Positions 20,770-30,900 of a stretch of 64,000 nt of DNA are shown piece by piece. The notes under the pieces were generated by a model that was not told the origin of the DNA, did no database searches, and saw nothing but the letters and a program-made list of their open reading frames with translations. The position numbers and the translations under genes were made by a program. The stretch covers positions 39,485 to 103,484 of the forward strand of contig CAZCMI010000001.1 in assembly GCA_964499955.1 (NCBI GenBank), given 5' to 3'. Within the stretch, counting starts at the first letter, position 1; each line of letters begins with the position of its first letter. The stretch comes from an uncultured Gammaproteobacteria bacterium (GTDB taxonomy: Bacteria > Patescibacteriota > Patescibacteriia > UBA9934 > GWF2-40-263).

Positions 20770-22314
20770 ATGCGTATGGAGGAACTGGAGGGAAAGGGGC
20801 GCGTGCCGTTCAAGACGGGCGTCGCGGCATTGGCCGTGGCGGCTTTGTGCGTTCTCGTCGGTCTGCAGGCATTCGTTTCGCCCTTGGCCTTGGTGGCCGT
20901 CATCGTAGGCGCGGCGGCTGCGGTGGCCGCCCTTGCCCGGCCGCGCGCGGCCCTGGCCGCCCTCGCCGTCTATCTCCCGTTCGAACCGTTCCTGCTGAAA
21001 TTCGTCCCGGACGAGATGTACGTCTTCGCCCGCTATCTTCCCGAAGGATTGATTTATGTCCTGGCGGCCGTGGCGCTGTGGCACGCCTTCGCCGGAGGGA
21101 AGAACGGCGGGAAGGGGTTGCGGCAAACCGCCCTGTCCCTCCCGTTCGGCCTGTTCATCACCGCCCTGGTTGCGTCCGCCCTCATCAACGCCGTGCCGCC
21201 GGACATCGCCGTCTTGGGCGCCCGGCAAATCCTCCGGTTCATCCTGGTCTTCTTCATTGCGTTGAACCTGGCGCCGTCGGAAGCGTACGTGCGTCGCCTC
21301 ACGGGCGCGTTGCTCGGCGTGGCGGCGTTCCAGGCCATCCTTGCCATCATCCAGCGGCTCACCGGCGGGGCATTGGACGCCTTCTTGCTGCCGTCGGACG
21401 CGCGCGCGTTGGGAGATATCACGCTCACGGCAGGCACGTCGCAGTTCTGGGATCCGGGTTCGCGCGCCTTCGCCACCATGGGCCGCTACGACCGGCTGGG
21501 AAACTTCTTGGCGTTTTTCCTCGTGCCCGCGGCGGCGTTCTTATATGAATTCCGCACGAAAGGACGATATCGGGAATGGACGTGGCTGCTGCTGGCGTTG
21601 GGGATTCCGGCGCTGATCTTCACGTATTCCCGCGCATCGTGGTTCGCGTTCCTGCTCGGCTTTCTATTCGTGGCCGTTTGGTTGTACCGGGACAAGCGTG
21701 TGTTGGCGGCCTTCGCGACGGTCGCCGTCGTGGTCTTCGCCTACGTGGGCGTGTCGGGGTTGAACGTGCGGTTCATCACCGAGGCGCCGGGCCAAACCTT
21801 GGTGGAACGGTTTTACGAGGCCTTCAGCGCCGCCCGCTGGCGCGGGGAATACTATGGCTTGGGCCGCGTGTATTGGATGGTGCAGGTGCCGCGCGTGGTG
21901 GTGCCCGCCTCGCCGCTGTTCGGTTTCGGGCCGGGGCAGTTCGGCGGGGGAGCGGCCGCCGCCTTGGGCAACACGGTCGTGTATGAACGCCTGGGCCTGC
22001 CCTATGGCGTCTTCGGCACGGACGGCTATATCGACAACAGCTGGTTCGCCCTGTGGGGGGAAACCGGCACGCTCGGTCTGGCGTTTTTCCTGTGGATGTA
22101 CGTCCTGCTGTTCCGCGTCGGCACGCGCGCATTCCGCCGGGGGAAGACGCCGTTCGTCCGGGCGCTCGGGGCCGGGTATGCGGGGGCCGTCTTGGGCGCC
22201 GCGCTCATCTCCTTCTTGTCGACGGCGTTGGAAATCCGCGCCTTCGCCTTTTACCTGTGGTTGTACGGCGGACTCTTGGCCGCCTTGGTGCCGGAGGAAC
22301 GGGAACATGTATGA
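20770..22314 (+). CDS. O-antigen ligase/Wzy-like polymerase family membrane protein
   Basis: Multi-TM protein; TYSRASW, PLFGFGPGQF and DNSWFALWGETGTLG (H-to-D variant of the HN..L..L.E.G..G motif); start 20770 or 20776. Confidence 0.88.
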   Translation: MRMEELEGKGRVPFKTGVAALAVAALCVLVGLQAFVSPLALVAVIVGAAAAVAALARPRAALAALAVYLPFEPFLLKFVPDEMYVFARYLPEGLIYVLAAVALWHAFAGGKNGGKGLRQTALSLPFGLFITALVASALINAVPPDIAVLGARQILRFILVFFIALNLAPSEAYVRRLTGALLGVAAFQAILAIIQRLTGGALDAFLLPSDARALGDITLTAGTSQFWDPGSRAFATMGRYDRLGNFLAFFLVPAAAFLYEFRTKGRYREWTWLLLALGIPALIFTYSRASWFAFLLGFLFVAVWLYRDKRVLAAFATVAVVVFAYVGVSGLNVRFITEAPGQTLVERFYEAFSAARWRGEYYGLGRVYWMVQVPRVVVPASPLFGFGPGQFGGGAAAALGNTVVYERLGLPYGVFGTDGYIDNSWFALWGETGTLGLAFFLWMYVLLFRVGTRAFRRGKTPFVRALGAGYAGAVLGAALISFLSTALEIRAFAFYLWLYGGLLAALVPEEREHV

Positions 22315-22805
22315 CGGAACGACCGTGTATCGCGTATCTCGATGGGGCGAATGTCTACAAAGGCGTCGCGTCTGCCGCGTGGAAAATTGATTATCGCAGG
22401 TTTCGTTCCTGGCTGCGGCAAAAATACGGCGTATCGACTGCCCATCTTTTCATCGGCCTCATTCCAAAGCACGCGCAGATGTATACGTCCTTGCAATCCG
22501 CGGGGTATGCCATGGTTTTCAAGGAAGTCGTCTATGATGGTATGGGGAAGGCGAAAGGAAATTGCGACGCGGATCTCGTCTTGCAGGCCGTGAGGGACGT
22601 CTACGAACGAACGCCATCGTCCGTCGTACTCGTTTCAAGCGATGGAGATTACGCGCCGCTTGTCCGATTTTGGCAGGAGAAAGGCATTCCGTGCACGGTG
22701 ATCTCTCCCGCGCCCATGGCGAAGTGTTCCATTCTTCTGAAGAGAACGGAGGTGCGGATCGTTTGTCTTGAGGACGTAAAGAACAAGGTGTCGTATCGGA
22801 GGTAA
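22311..22805 (+). CDS. NYN domain (PIN-like) ribonuclease, LabA/DUF88 family
   Basis: AYLDGANVY, KGNCDADLV and VLVSSDGDYAPLV acidic motifs; visibly more AT-rich than neighbouring genes. Confidence 0.9.
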   Translation: MTERPCIAYLDGANVYKGVASAAWKIDYRRFRSWLRQKYGVSTAHLFIGLIPKHAQMYTSLQSAGYAMVFKEVVYDGMGKAKGNCDADLVLQAVRDVYERTPSSVVLVSSDGDYAPLVRFWQEKGIPCTVISPAPMAKCSILLKRTEVRIVCLEDVKNKVSYRR

Positions 22806-22809
22806 AATG

Positions 22810-22860
22810 AAAAAGCCCCCGGCGAGGACGTATCCGCGCAAGGGTCTCTTCCGTGGTGAT
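22810..22860 (-). ncRNA. putative small hairpin RNA convergent with the NYN gene
   Basis: Minus strand AUCACCACGG-AAGAG-A-CCCUU-GCG-C-GGA(UACG)UCC-U-CGC-C-GGGGG-CUUUUU; G-U pairs make the fold strand-specific; has its own promoter. Confidence 0.5.
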
Positions 22861-22866
22861 GCGAAC

Positions 22867-22895
22867 ATCGTAGGGGAGAAATTGAGCGGCGTCAA
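22867..22895 (-). promoter_or_regulatory. antisense sigma70 promoter driving the small RNA
   Basis: TTGACG-N17-TACGAT on the minus strand. Confidence 0.6.
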
Positions 22896-22896
22896 T

Positions 22897-24117
22897 ATGA
22901 CCATCATCCAAGCCAACAAATTCTATTTCCCCCGGGGAGGCGCGGAGCGCTACGTCCTCGACCTTTCGGCGTGGCTGGAAGGGCAGGGGCACCGCGTGGC
23001 GCCGTTCGCCATGGCGCATCCGGACAACCTGCCTACGCCGTACGCGCGGTTTTTCCCCAGCCGGGTTCTCACGGAGGAAGTACGGATGAACGCGCAGGGG
23101 CTGCATACCGTGGGCCGCATGCTGTATTCGCTGGAAGCCCGGCGCAAGATGGCGTCCCTGGTGGCGGAAACCAAGCCGGCGCTCTGCCACATCCATAACA
23201 TCTACACCCAGTTGTCGCCGTCCGTGTTGGATACGTTGCGCGTCATGCGCGTTCCCGTGGCGATGACCGTGCACGACCATCATCTCGTGTCGCCGCAATA
23301 CAACGTGTGGGCGCCGGGGTGCGGGAAAAATGCGGATCCAAATGCGGGCGTCCTGCGCCTGGCGTTTTCGCGGTTCCACAAGGATTCCTTTGCCGCCAGT
23401 TTGTTGCAGGCCGCGGCCTTCCGGTTCCACCGCCGGTTGGACATTTGGCGGCGCGGCGTGGACCTGTTCATCTGCCCGTCGCGCTATATGGCCGGGCGGT
23501 TGGTGGCGGCCGGGTTCCCCAAGGAGCGCATCCGGGTGAACCCGTACGGCATCGACCCGTCCGCGTTCCGGCCCACATACGCCCACGAAGGATACGTACT
23601 GTTCGTCGGCCGGCTGGTGCCGGAGAAGGGCGTCGAAACGCTGATCGAAGCCGCCAAGCTCTTGCCGGACGTGCCGTTCCGCATCGTCGGCACGGGGCCG
23701 GACGAAGCGCGGCTGCGCGGCCTGGCCCACGGGACGCGCAACATGCGGTTTCTGGGCCACCTGGGCGGGGAAGCTCTGGAGGCGGCCTATCGCGGCGCCT
23801 TGGCCGTGGCCGTCCCGTCCCGCGTGGAGGAAACCTTCCCGTTGGTCACATTGGAAGCGATGGCCCACGGCAAGCCGGTGGTGGCCAGCGCGGTGGGCGG
23901 CATTCCCGAGCAAATCGACGACCGGCACACGGGTTGGCTGCTCCCGCCCCTGGATGCCGCCGCCTGGGCCGAGGCTTTCCGGCGGCTGGCGGAGGATGAA
24001 CGGTTCCGCCTGGGCTTGGCCCGCGCCGCCCGGGCCGAAATAACCGGCCGTTTCCACCTGCGGCACCATCACGAACGGCTGTTGGAAACGTACGTGGAAC
24101 TGACGGCCTGTGGATAA
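22897..24117 (+). CDS. glycosyltransferase family 4
   Basis: NKFYFPRGGAERY, LFVGRLVPEKG and ETFPLVTLEAMAHGKPVV motifs. Confidence 0.93.
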   Translation: MTIIQANKFYFPRGGAERYVLDLSAWLEGQGHRVAPFAMAHPDNLPTPYARFFPSRVLTEEVRMNAQGLHTVGRMLYSLEARRKMASLVAETKPALCHIHNIYTQLSPSVLDTLRVMRVPVAMTVHDHHLVSPQYNVWAPGCGKNADPNAGVLRLAFSRFHKDSFAASLLQAAAFRFHRRLDIWRRGVDLFICPSRYMAGRLVAAGFPKERIRVNPYGIDPSAFRPTYAHEGYVLFVGRLVPEKGVETLIEAAKLLPDVPFRIVGTGPDEARLRGLAHGTRNMRFLGHLGGEALEAAYRGALAVAVPSRVEETFPLVTLEAMAHGKPVVASAVGGIPEQIDDRHTGWLLPPLDAAAWAEAFRRLAEDERFRLGLARAARAEITGRFHLRHHHERLLETYVELTACG

Positions 24118-24250
24118 TTGACGTGTCGGTCGGAACGAAGAAAGAAGGGAGAAACCTTCGGGAAAATGAAAAACGGAGCCAACGGCGCCCGCCGAATCCC
24201 CGCCGCGGGGCGTCTTCGGAAGGCCTGTCAACGCCGAACAAAGCACGAAC

Positions 24251-24281
24251 AAAAACACCCCGCGTTTGCGGGGGTGTTTTT
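24251..24281. terminator. bidirectional terminator between convergent GT4 genes
   Basis: AAAAACACCCCGC...GCGGGGGTGTTTTT. Confidence 0.8.
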
Positions 24282-25434
24282 AGGCGCTCTGCATCTTCAA
24301 ATTCGGGATGAAATCCAGCGCTTCGTACAGATACATGGTCTGCTCGCCGATATCTTCCCAGTCGTAGTGCTTGGCCACGTAGGCGCGGGCTTCGGCGCCC
24401 ACGGCTTCCACCAACTCGGGATGTTCGAGCAGCATCGCCAGTTTCTGGACGAGGTCTTCGACCTGTCCGACGCGGAAGGACATGCCGTGCTGCTGGGTCA
24501 GTTCCAGGTTTTCCGGAATGTCCGAGGACAGCACGCACTTTCCATACGACATGGCTTCCAGCACGGCGATGGGCAGACCCTCCGATTCGGACGGGTGTAC
24601 GGCCGCGTAGGCGCCGGCAAACAGCGCGTGCAGCGCCTCGCCGGTTTGCGCGCCGGTGAACACCACGGACGGGTCGCCTTCCGCCTGCTTCCGCAGGTCC
24701 GCCACATAGGCGTCCGTAAACGCGGAGCCACCCACGATGGCGAGCTTGCGGCCTGCCGTCAGATCCGGCCGTTCCGCCTGCAGGCGCTTCCACGCGTCGA
24801 TCAGCAGGTGGGCGCCCTTGTGGCGCACAAGACGGGCACAGAACAACAGGTACTTCCCGGGTTCCAGGCCGAAGTCCGCGAGGTGCTTCAGCTCCGGCCG
24901 CTCCGTGTGGAAGCGGGTGCCGTTCGGGATGTACACGGCGTCCACGCCGTACTGCATGCGCACGTACGTCTGCAGCGACTTGGACACCACGATGGTGGCG
25001 CCCGGCGAGCGCAGGGCCGTCCATTCGCCCAGGCGCAGCATCAGGCGGGCGAAGCCGCCCCACTTGCCGTGCGAACGGTCGATGCAGTGGAAGGTCACGA
25101 CCACGCGGGCGGACGGACGCAACAGGCGCGGCAGCCACGCCAACAGGGCGGGGCCGACGCCGTGGATGTGAAAGACGTCCACGCCTTCCCACGCCGCCCG
25201 CACGATGGCCGTGAAGGTGTGGGTGATGGCGTCCAGGTGCTTGGTGCGGATGGACGGGGTGGCAATACAACGCACGGCACGGTGCGTACGCACCGGCCAG
25301 GTATACCAGCGGCGGCAGAACACGAGTACCTCGTGGCCGCGCCGCGCGAGTTCGGCCGAGAGTTCCTCCACATGGCGCTCAATGCCGCCCGCCTGTGCAG
25401 GAATCCCCTTTTGACCGATCATGGCGATCTTCAT
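24280..25434 (-). CDS. glycosyltransferase family 4
   Basis: MKIAMIGQKGIP...GGIERHV and EGLPIAVLEAMSYG motifs. Confidence 0.94.
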   Translation of the reverse strand: MKIAMIGQKGIPAQAGGIERHVEELSAELARRGHEVLVFCRRWYTWPVRTHRAVRCIATPSIRTKHLDAITHTFTAIVRAAWEGVDVFHIHGVGPALLAWLPRLLRPSARVVVTFHCIDRSHGKWGGFARLMLRLGEWTALRSPGATIVVSKSLQTYVRMQYGVDAVYIPNGTRFHTERPELKHLADFGLEPGKYLLFCARLVRHKGAHLLIDAWKRLQAERPDLTAGRKLAIVGGSAFTDAYVADLRKQAEGDPSVVFTGAQTGEALHALFAGAYAAVHPSESEGLPIAVLEAMSYGKCVLSSDIPENLELTQQHGMSFRVGQVEDLVQKLAMLLEHPELVEAVGAEARAYVAKHYDWEDIGEQTMYLYEALDFIPNLKMQSA

Positions 25435-25478
25435 AGAGGTTCGTTTTGCCGCCTGGTTGAGGCGAGAATTAAGGAAGG

Positions 25479-25507
25479 ATCATAGCAGGAAAACAGGATC
25501 CTGTCAA
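25479..25507 (-). promoter_or_regulatory. promoter of the GT4 gene
   Basis: TTGACA-N17-TATGAT on the minus strand, with extended TG. Confidence 0.7.
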
Positions 25508-25559
25508 TGGATTATGGCGAGTTTTTGGCTAAAATAACGGAAAAACCCGCAGGGCGGGC

Positions 25560-25877
25560 TTAGGGGAGGGGCGGGGAATCGGGCGGTTTCGACCCCTCTG
25601 GTTCATTCAGGACTTGGGGATTCGGGGAATACAGCCGATTGCGGATTTTCCACCGGTCCACGTATTGGCCGATGCCCGTCTTGTCCCGCTTGTTCCGTAC
25701 CGTGGTGGTGGCCTGGGACCAGCGCAAGACGGACTCGAAATTAAGCTTGTACCGCCCCTGGACCACGACGTAGGTGATCTCCTGGTTGGCGATGGCGCGC
25801 CGCACGGTGCGCTGGGAAACGCCGAACAAACGGGCGGCCTCGGCGACGGTAACGCGGATGACATTCTGGAGGGACAT
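25560..25877 (-). CDS. excisionase-like helix-turn-helix DNA-binding protein
   Basis: VTVAEAARLFGVSQRTVRRAI (HTH_17-like) motif. Confidence 0.85.
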   Translation of the reverse strand: MSLQNVIRVTVAEAARLFGVSQRTVRRAIANQEITYVVVQGRYKLNFESVLRWSQATTTVRNKRDKTGIGQYVDRWKIRNRLYSPNPQVLNEPEGSKPPDSPPLP

Positions 25878-25896
25878 AGGCCACTTATCCACTTAC

Positions 25897-25938
25897 GTTT
25901 GGCTACACCAGCGTAGCCAAACACGAACATTTTGTCAA
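25897..25938 (-). promoter_or_regulatory. HTH-gene promoter with an overlapping 10-bp inverted repeat
   Basis: TTGACA-N17-TACGCT; GTTTGGCTAC-N6-GTAGCCAAAC covers the -10 and +1 region. Confidence 0.55.
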
Positions 25939-26087
25939 TTATACACAGGGTCATTTTGGGCGGGAGGGAAGGGAACGGACGTGGGAATGCTGGGTCAAAA
26001 CATTGAAGAAAAAGGCTTTTTCCGCTAGGGTGCTTGCTAATTCGTCGGCCGCGTAAGTTTTTCCCTTAACGCGACGACTACACCTTT

Positions 26088-26630
26088 GTGAGCAGGCACC
26101 TCGAACAATTTCTGCTCTTCCGCGTTCGCGTGCATCGGGACGAACGGGCCTATGCCCGCCTCTACCAACTGTACGTGGATCGGATCTACCGGTTTCTTGC
26201 CGCCAAGCTGCCTACGGCTGCAGACGCGCACGACGCCGCCGCCACGGTCTTCCTCCGGGCGTGGAACTACTGCACGTCCACCCAGGTGGACCATCTCTCC
26301 GGCTTGCTGCATACCGTTGCCCGGGGAGTCATCGCCGAGTTCTACCGCCAACGCCGGGAGACGGTTTCGCTGGACGAGGATTCCTCTTGGAAGGACACCT
26401 TGTCCGACGGTTCGGCGGGTGCGCAGCAGGTGCAGCGGGACGTAGACGTTTCGCTGGTGCGTCGGGCGCTCAACGCCCTGCCGCCGGACCAAGCCCGCGC
26501 CCTGTCCCTGCGGTACCTGTCGGACCTGCCCATTTCCGCCGTCGCGGCAGACCTCAAGAGATCCGTGAACGCCACCAACGTCCTTCTGTACCGCGCCGTC
26601 CGTTCCCTCCGTAAGTTGATGGAACCCTAG
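26088..26630 (+). CDS. ECF RNA polymerase sigma factor
   Basis: D.RAYARLYQLYVDRIYRF, VFLRAW (region 2) and ALNALPPDQ..ALSLRY...ISAVA (region 4). Confidence 0.9.
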   Translation: MSRHLEQFLLFRVRVHRDERAYARLYQLYVDRIYRFLAAKLPTAADAHDAAATVFLRAWNYCTSTQVDHLSGLLHTVARGVIAEFYRQRRETVSLDEDSSWKDTLSDGSAGAQQVQRDVDVSLVRRALNALPPDQARALSLRYLSDLPISAVAADLKRSVNATNVLLYRAVRSLRKLMEP

Positions 26631-26641
26631 CCTCCTTCCTT

Positions 26642-27778
26642 GTGACCGACCACGACGTCAAAAACCTCTTGCGCTCCTTGCGCGACGAACCGGCCCTCGG
26701 CGGTTCGTTTGGCGATCGTGCGCAAAAAGACGTTTGGGCGTCGGTGGCGCAACAGGCCGGACTCTCGGCCTCCGTAAAAGATGCGGCCGGCACGTCCGCC
26801 TACACGCTGGCCGACTATCTGGACTACGCGGCGCACGAAACCCGGGCCTTCCTGCGTCCCATGGCCGCCGCGGCGGGTGCCGCCGGGCTGGTGCTCTCCG
26901 GCTGGGTCACCACGGTGTCCGCGGGCAACAGTTTGCCGGGCGACGTCCTGTACCCCATGAAGCTGGCGGGCGAACGGGTGCAGATCCGCCTCGCCGGCAC
27001 GCCAAAGGACCGTGTGCGCCTGCACGCCGCCTTCGCGGAACGGCGCATGCAAGAAGCCGTGGAAATCACCGCCAAGGACGTCCCGTACCGCACAGACCGC
27101 ATGCGCACCGCGGTGGCCAGCATGAAAGGGGAACTCGATTCGGCCCACGGAGAATTGGCCGCCCTGCAGGTTTCCGCGCCGGAACTGGTCGCCGAAGCCG
27201 CCGCCGTTCTCGCGCGGAAGACGGAAGCGCTGAACGTCCTGTTGGAACAAGCGCCCGTTTCCGACGCCTCCGAAGCCGTTTTGCAAGAAGTCGCCGTCGC
27301 GCGGGAAACCGTCAAGCAGGCGGAAACGCAAACGGTCAGCACCTTGGTGGAAACCCACGAGCAATACGAACAGGCGGTTACCAGCGAGGAATTGCAGCGC
27401 AACTTCCGCCGGGAATACCAACGCACCGCCGTCCGGTTTACCACCGCACGCTCCCGTGCGGCCGTCCTAAGGGAAGCCGTGGCTGCCCTGCCCGCGGAAG
27501 AAGCCGGCTCCTATCTTGCCGCCGCCAACCAGGCCGTTACGGAGTTGCTCCCGTTGGACAAACTGCTGGCCGACGCCATGAACGTCATGGCCGCCGGCGG
27601 CTACCGCCGCGCGTTCGACCTGCTCGCCCAGGCCGGAAACATCCTCAACGGCGTGGAAGGGGAACTGGCCGCGCAGGAAATCCAATACACCGCCGGACGC
27701 ATGGTGGAACCCGAACGGCCCGTTGAAGCGCCGCCAGAAGAACCCACGGACGTACCGGAAACCACGGAAGCGCCCTAA
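26642..27778 (+). CDS. putative anti-sigma membrane protein with DUF5667-like domain
   Basis: Follows the ECF sigma gene; TM segment then SLPGDVLYPMKLAGERV..L. Confidence 0.8.
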   Translation: MTDHDVKNLLRSLRDEPALGGSFGDRAQKDVWASVAQQAGLSASVKDAAGTSAYTLADYLDYAAHETRAFLRPMAAAAGAAGLVLSGWVTTVSAGNSLPGDVLYPMKLAGERVQIRLAGTPKDRVRLHAAFAERRMQEAVEITAKDVPYRTDRMRTAVASMKGELDSAHGELAALQVSAPELVAEAAAVLARKTEALNVLLEQAPVSDASEAVLQEVAVARETVKQAETQTVSTLVETHEQYEQAVTSEELQRNFRREYQRTAVRFTTARSRAAVLREAVAALPAEEAGSYLAAANQAVTELLPLDKLLADAMNVMAAGGYRRAFDLLAQAGNILNGVEGELAAQEIQYTAGRMVEPERPVEAPPEEPTDVPETTEAP

Positions 27779-27944
27779 AACGGGTCAGCCCCCAAGCCGG
27801 CGGCGTCGTGCCACCCGCACGTTCCTCCCGCTTGGAGGCGGATCCGTCTCCAAGGCTCGTCGATACGAAACGCCTAAAAGGTCGAGGCCGAAAGGCTGCG
27901 TTTCGCCCTTAATACCAAAAAAGGTTCTGACGTTTTTCAATGCT

Positions 27945-30900
27945 ATGCAAAGCTCCCTCAAGACGGGGAAGCGCGCGCTGACGTCGGCGGTGGCCGCGGC
28001 GACCATGCTCTGGTCCGTCGGGTTCTCCTCCCTCGTTGCGCCGCTCACGGCTCGCGCCGCTGCGCCCGGAGACCTCGTCCGCGGCACCACGCTGTCCACG
28101 CTGTACTACTACGGCCAGGACGGCAAGCGCTACGCCTTCCCCAACGAAAAGACCTACTTCACCTGGTACGCGGATTTCTCCGGCGTCCAGACCATTTCCG
28201 ACAGCGAGCTGGCGGCCATTCCGCTCGGCGGGAACGTCTCGTATCGCCCCGGCTCCCGCTGGATCAAGATCGAGAGCGACCCCAAGACCTACGCGGTCTC
28301 CCCGAACGGCGTGCTCCGCTGGATTGAGACGGAAGAAGTCGCCACCGGCCTCGCCGGCAGCGACTGGAACCAATTCATCGACGACGTGGCCGACGTGTTC
28401 TTCGTCGACTACACGGTTGGTCCGTCCCTGACGTCCGCCGCCAACGCCTACAACGGCGCCTTGGTGCGCGACACGGATGGCTCCTACTACGTCATCCAGA
28501 ACAACACGAAGCGCCTCGTGACGTCGGACGGCTTCACGGCCAACCGCCTTCAGACGCGCAACGCGTTGGACGGCAGCGGCATCAACCTGTCCGCCATCAA
28601 CACGGGCGCCAACCTGGCGTCCCGCGAAGCCGCCTACTCCAACCCGGCCCAGCTCCCTGAGCAGGTCCAGGGTGGCCTGACGGTTTCCCTCGCCTCCGAC
28701 TCCCCGGCCTCCACGACCATCGCGGCTCGTGCCCAGGGCGTCGTCCTGGCGAAGTTCAACCTGTCTTCCACCAACGGTGCGACGACGGTGAACTCCCTTA
28801 CCATCAAGCAGGGCGGTCTCGGTTCCACCAACAACGTGGAATCCGTGTACCTCTACGAAGGTAACACCCGCCTGACCAGTGGCCGCACGGTCAACTCCGC
28901 TTCCCGCGAAGTGACCTTCGGCACGCTGAACCTGGCCTTGGCCAGCGGTCAGACCCGCACCATCTCGGTGGTGGCTGACATTGCTGACTCCGAAACGGTG
29001 AACAGCGGTGACACGCTTTTCTTCGAGATCGAATCCGCGAACAAGGTCGTGAGCGGCTCCACTGTGGGCGGCAACTTCCCGGTGCGCGGCGCCTCGGTGT
29101 CCCTTTCCGCTACGGAAGTTGGCACCCTGACGCTCTCCAAGGGCGGCACGATCACCAACCCGACTCTCGGCCAGAAGCAGGCCGTGATCGGTGAATTCCA
29201 CCTGGCGTCCAGCTCTGAAGAGAGCGTGCGCCTGCAGCGCCTCCGCCTGACGGTGGACGCCGCTTCCAACCACGACAACTTCAACCTCTTCCAGAACGAC
29301 GTTCTGGTGGCGGTCGGTACGCGCTCGGGTTCGGACACGGTGGACTTCATCTTCACCAACCAGTTCGAAATTGCCCAGGGCAACAACCGCATCTTCCAGC
29401 TCAAGGCCGACATCGGCGGCAAGAGCGGGGATGAAATCAAGGTGTCCGTGGACGAATCTTCGGACATCTACGCCATTGGCACGAAGTACGGTTTCGGCGT
29501 CGCCGTCGTTGACGGTTCGCCCGCCTACCGCGCCACGGGCAGCTCCTGTGCCAACACGGGCAGCTCCTGCTCGTTCTCCCAGATCCAGGGCGGCAAGCTG
29601 ACCTTCGCCTTCAACGGGCCGACGGCTTCCCGCTTCAACCTGGACCAGAACGGCCTTGTCCTGATGGACCTGACTGTCACCAGCGAGAACGAAGCCACGA
29701 TCCGCCACCTGGCGTTCAGCGTTACCGGTGCCGACTTGATCGGTGAAGGCACCAACCGGAACTACCAGAACTTCCGCTTGGTCGACAAGGCCACGGGCGC
29801 GACGGTTTCCGGCCCGGTGGAAATGAGCGGTAACGACACAGAGGCTTCCGTCGCCTTCCCGGATGACTGGGCCATGCGCGCCGGTGAGTCCATCGACTTG
29901 CAGCTGCTCGTGGACGCCAAGGGTGGCAACGCCCCGTACACTGTTTCCAACGGGGAAACCATCCGCGCAACCTTCGTTGCTGGTTCCACCCAGGCCCGCG
30001 ACATCAACAACCGCGACCTGAACCTCGGCACGGATATCGTTCCGAACGCGAACCTGACCGGTCACCTGATGACCGCCCAGGCCGCCTCGTTGACGGTTGC
30101 CGCGTCCCAGCCGCCGTCGAGTTCCACGTACGTGCGCGGTGCGCAGAACGTGGACATGCTCGGTGTGAGCTTCCAGACCGGTACGGCTTCCGCCGTCCGC
30201 GTTACGGCCGCCGCCTTCGGCTTCGGCACGGACACGGAAGAAGAAGCCTCCTCGCACATCACGTCCTGCTCCATCCATGATGCCGCTTCCGGCGCCTTGG
30301 TGGACGGTCCGCGTTCGTTTAGCGGTGCGAAGGTGAACTTCAACGGTTTCAACTGGACCATTCCCGCCGGCACCACCGGCAAGTTGATTGCCCGCTGTAA
30401 CTTCGCCAACCTGCCGGCTGATGGTGACCAGTGGTGGTTGACGCTCGCCAAGGCCGACATCACCGCCTTGGACGCCGACGGCAACACGCTTACGTCCATC
30501 ACGGACGCTGAAGTTGTTAACGGTGGGGAAGACCCCGCAATTTACCAGACTCTGAACGAAAGCGGTCAGCTGACCGTCGCGTTGGACGGTTCTTCGCCCC
30601 AGGCGAACATCATCCTTGGTGCTTCGACCGGCGTGACCACTTCCGTCTTCCGCTTCTCGACGAACAACGAACCGTACATTGTTAAGAGCCTGACGCTTGA
30701 GACCTGCGAAGCGGGTTACGGCTGCAACGAAGCGGTTGCGAACGCCATCCGCTTGTCCTACACGGACAAGTCCGGCGCCGCCCGCACGGCCACCAGCTCC
30801 TTCTCGGGCGGCAAGGTGCACTTCGGTGACTTGGATCTCTACGTTCCGACCACCACGCACGCGCTCGCGACGGTGTCGATCGATACCAACACGGTGTCCT

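Noticed and set aside
25560-25877. Prophage or ICE signalled by the excisionase-like gene
   Set aside because: No integrase, phage or conjugation genes nearby; flanked by envelope genes
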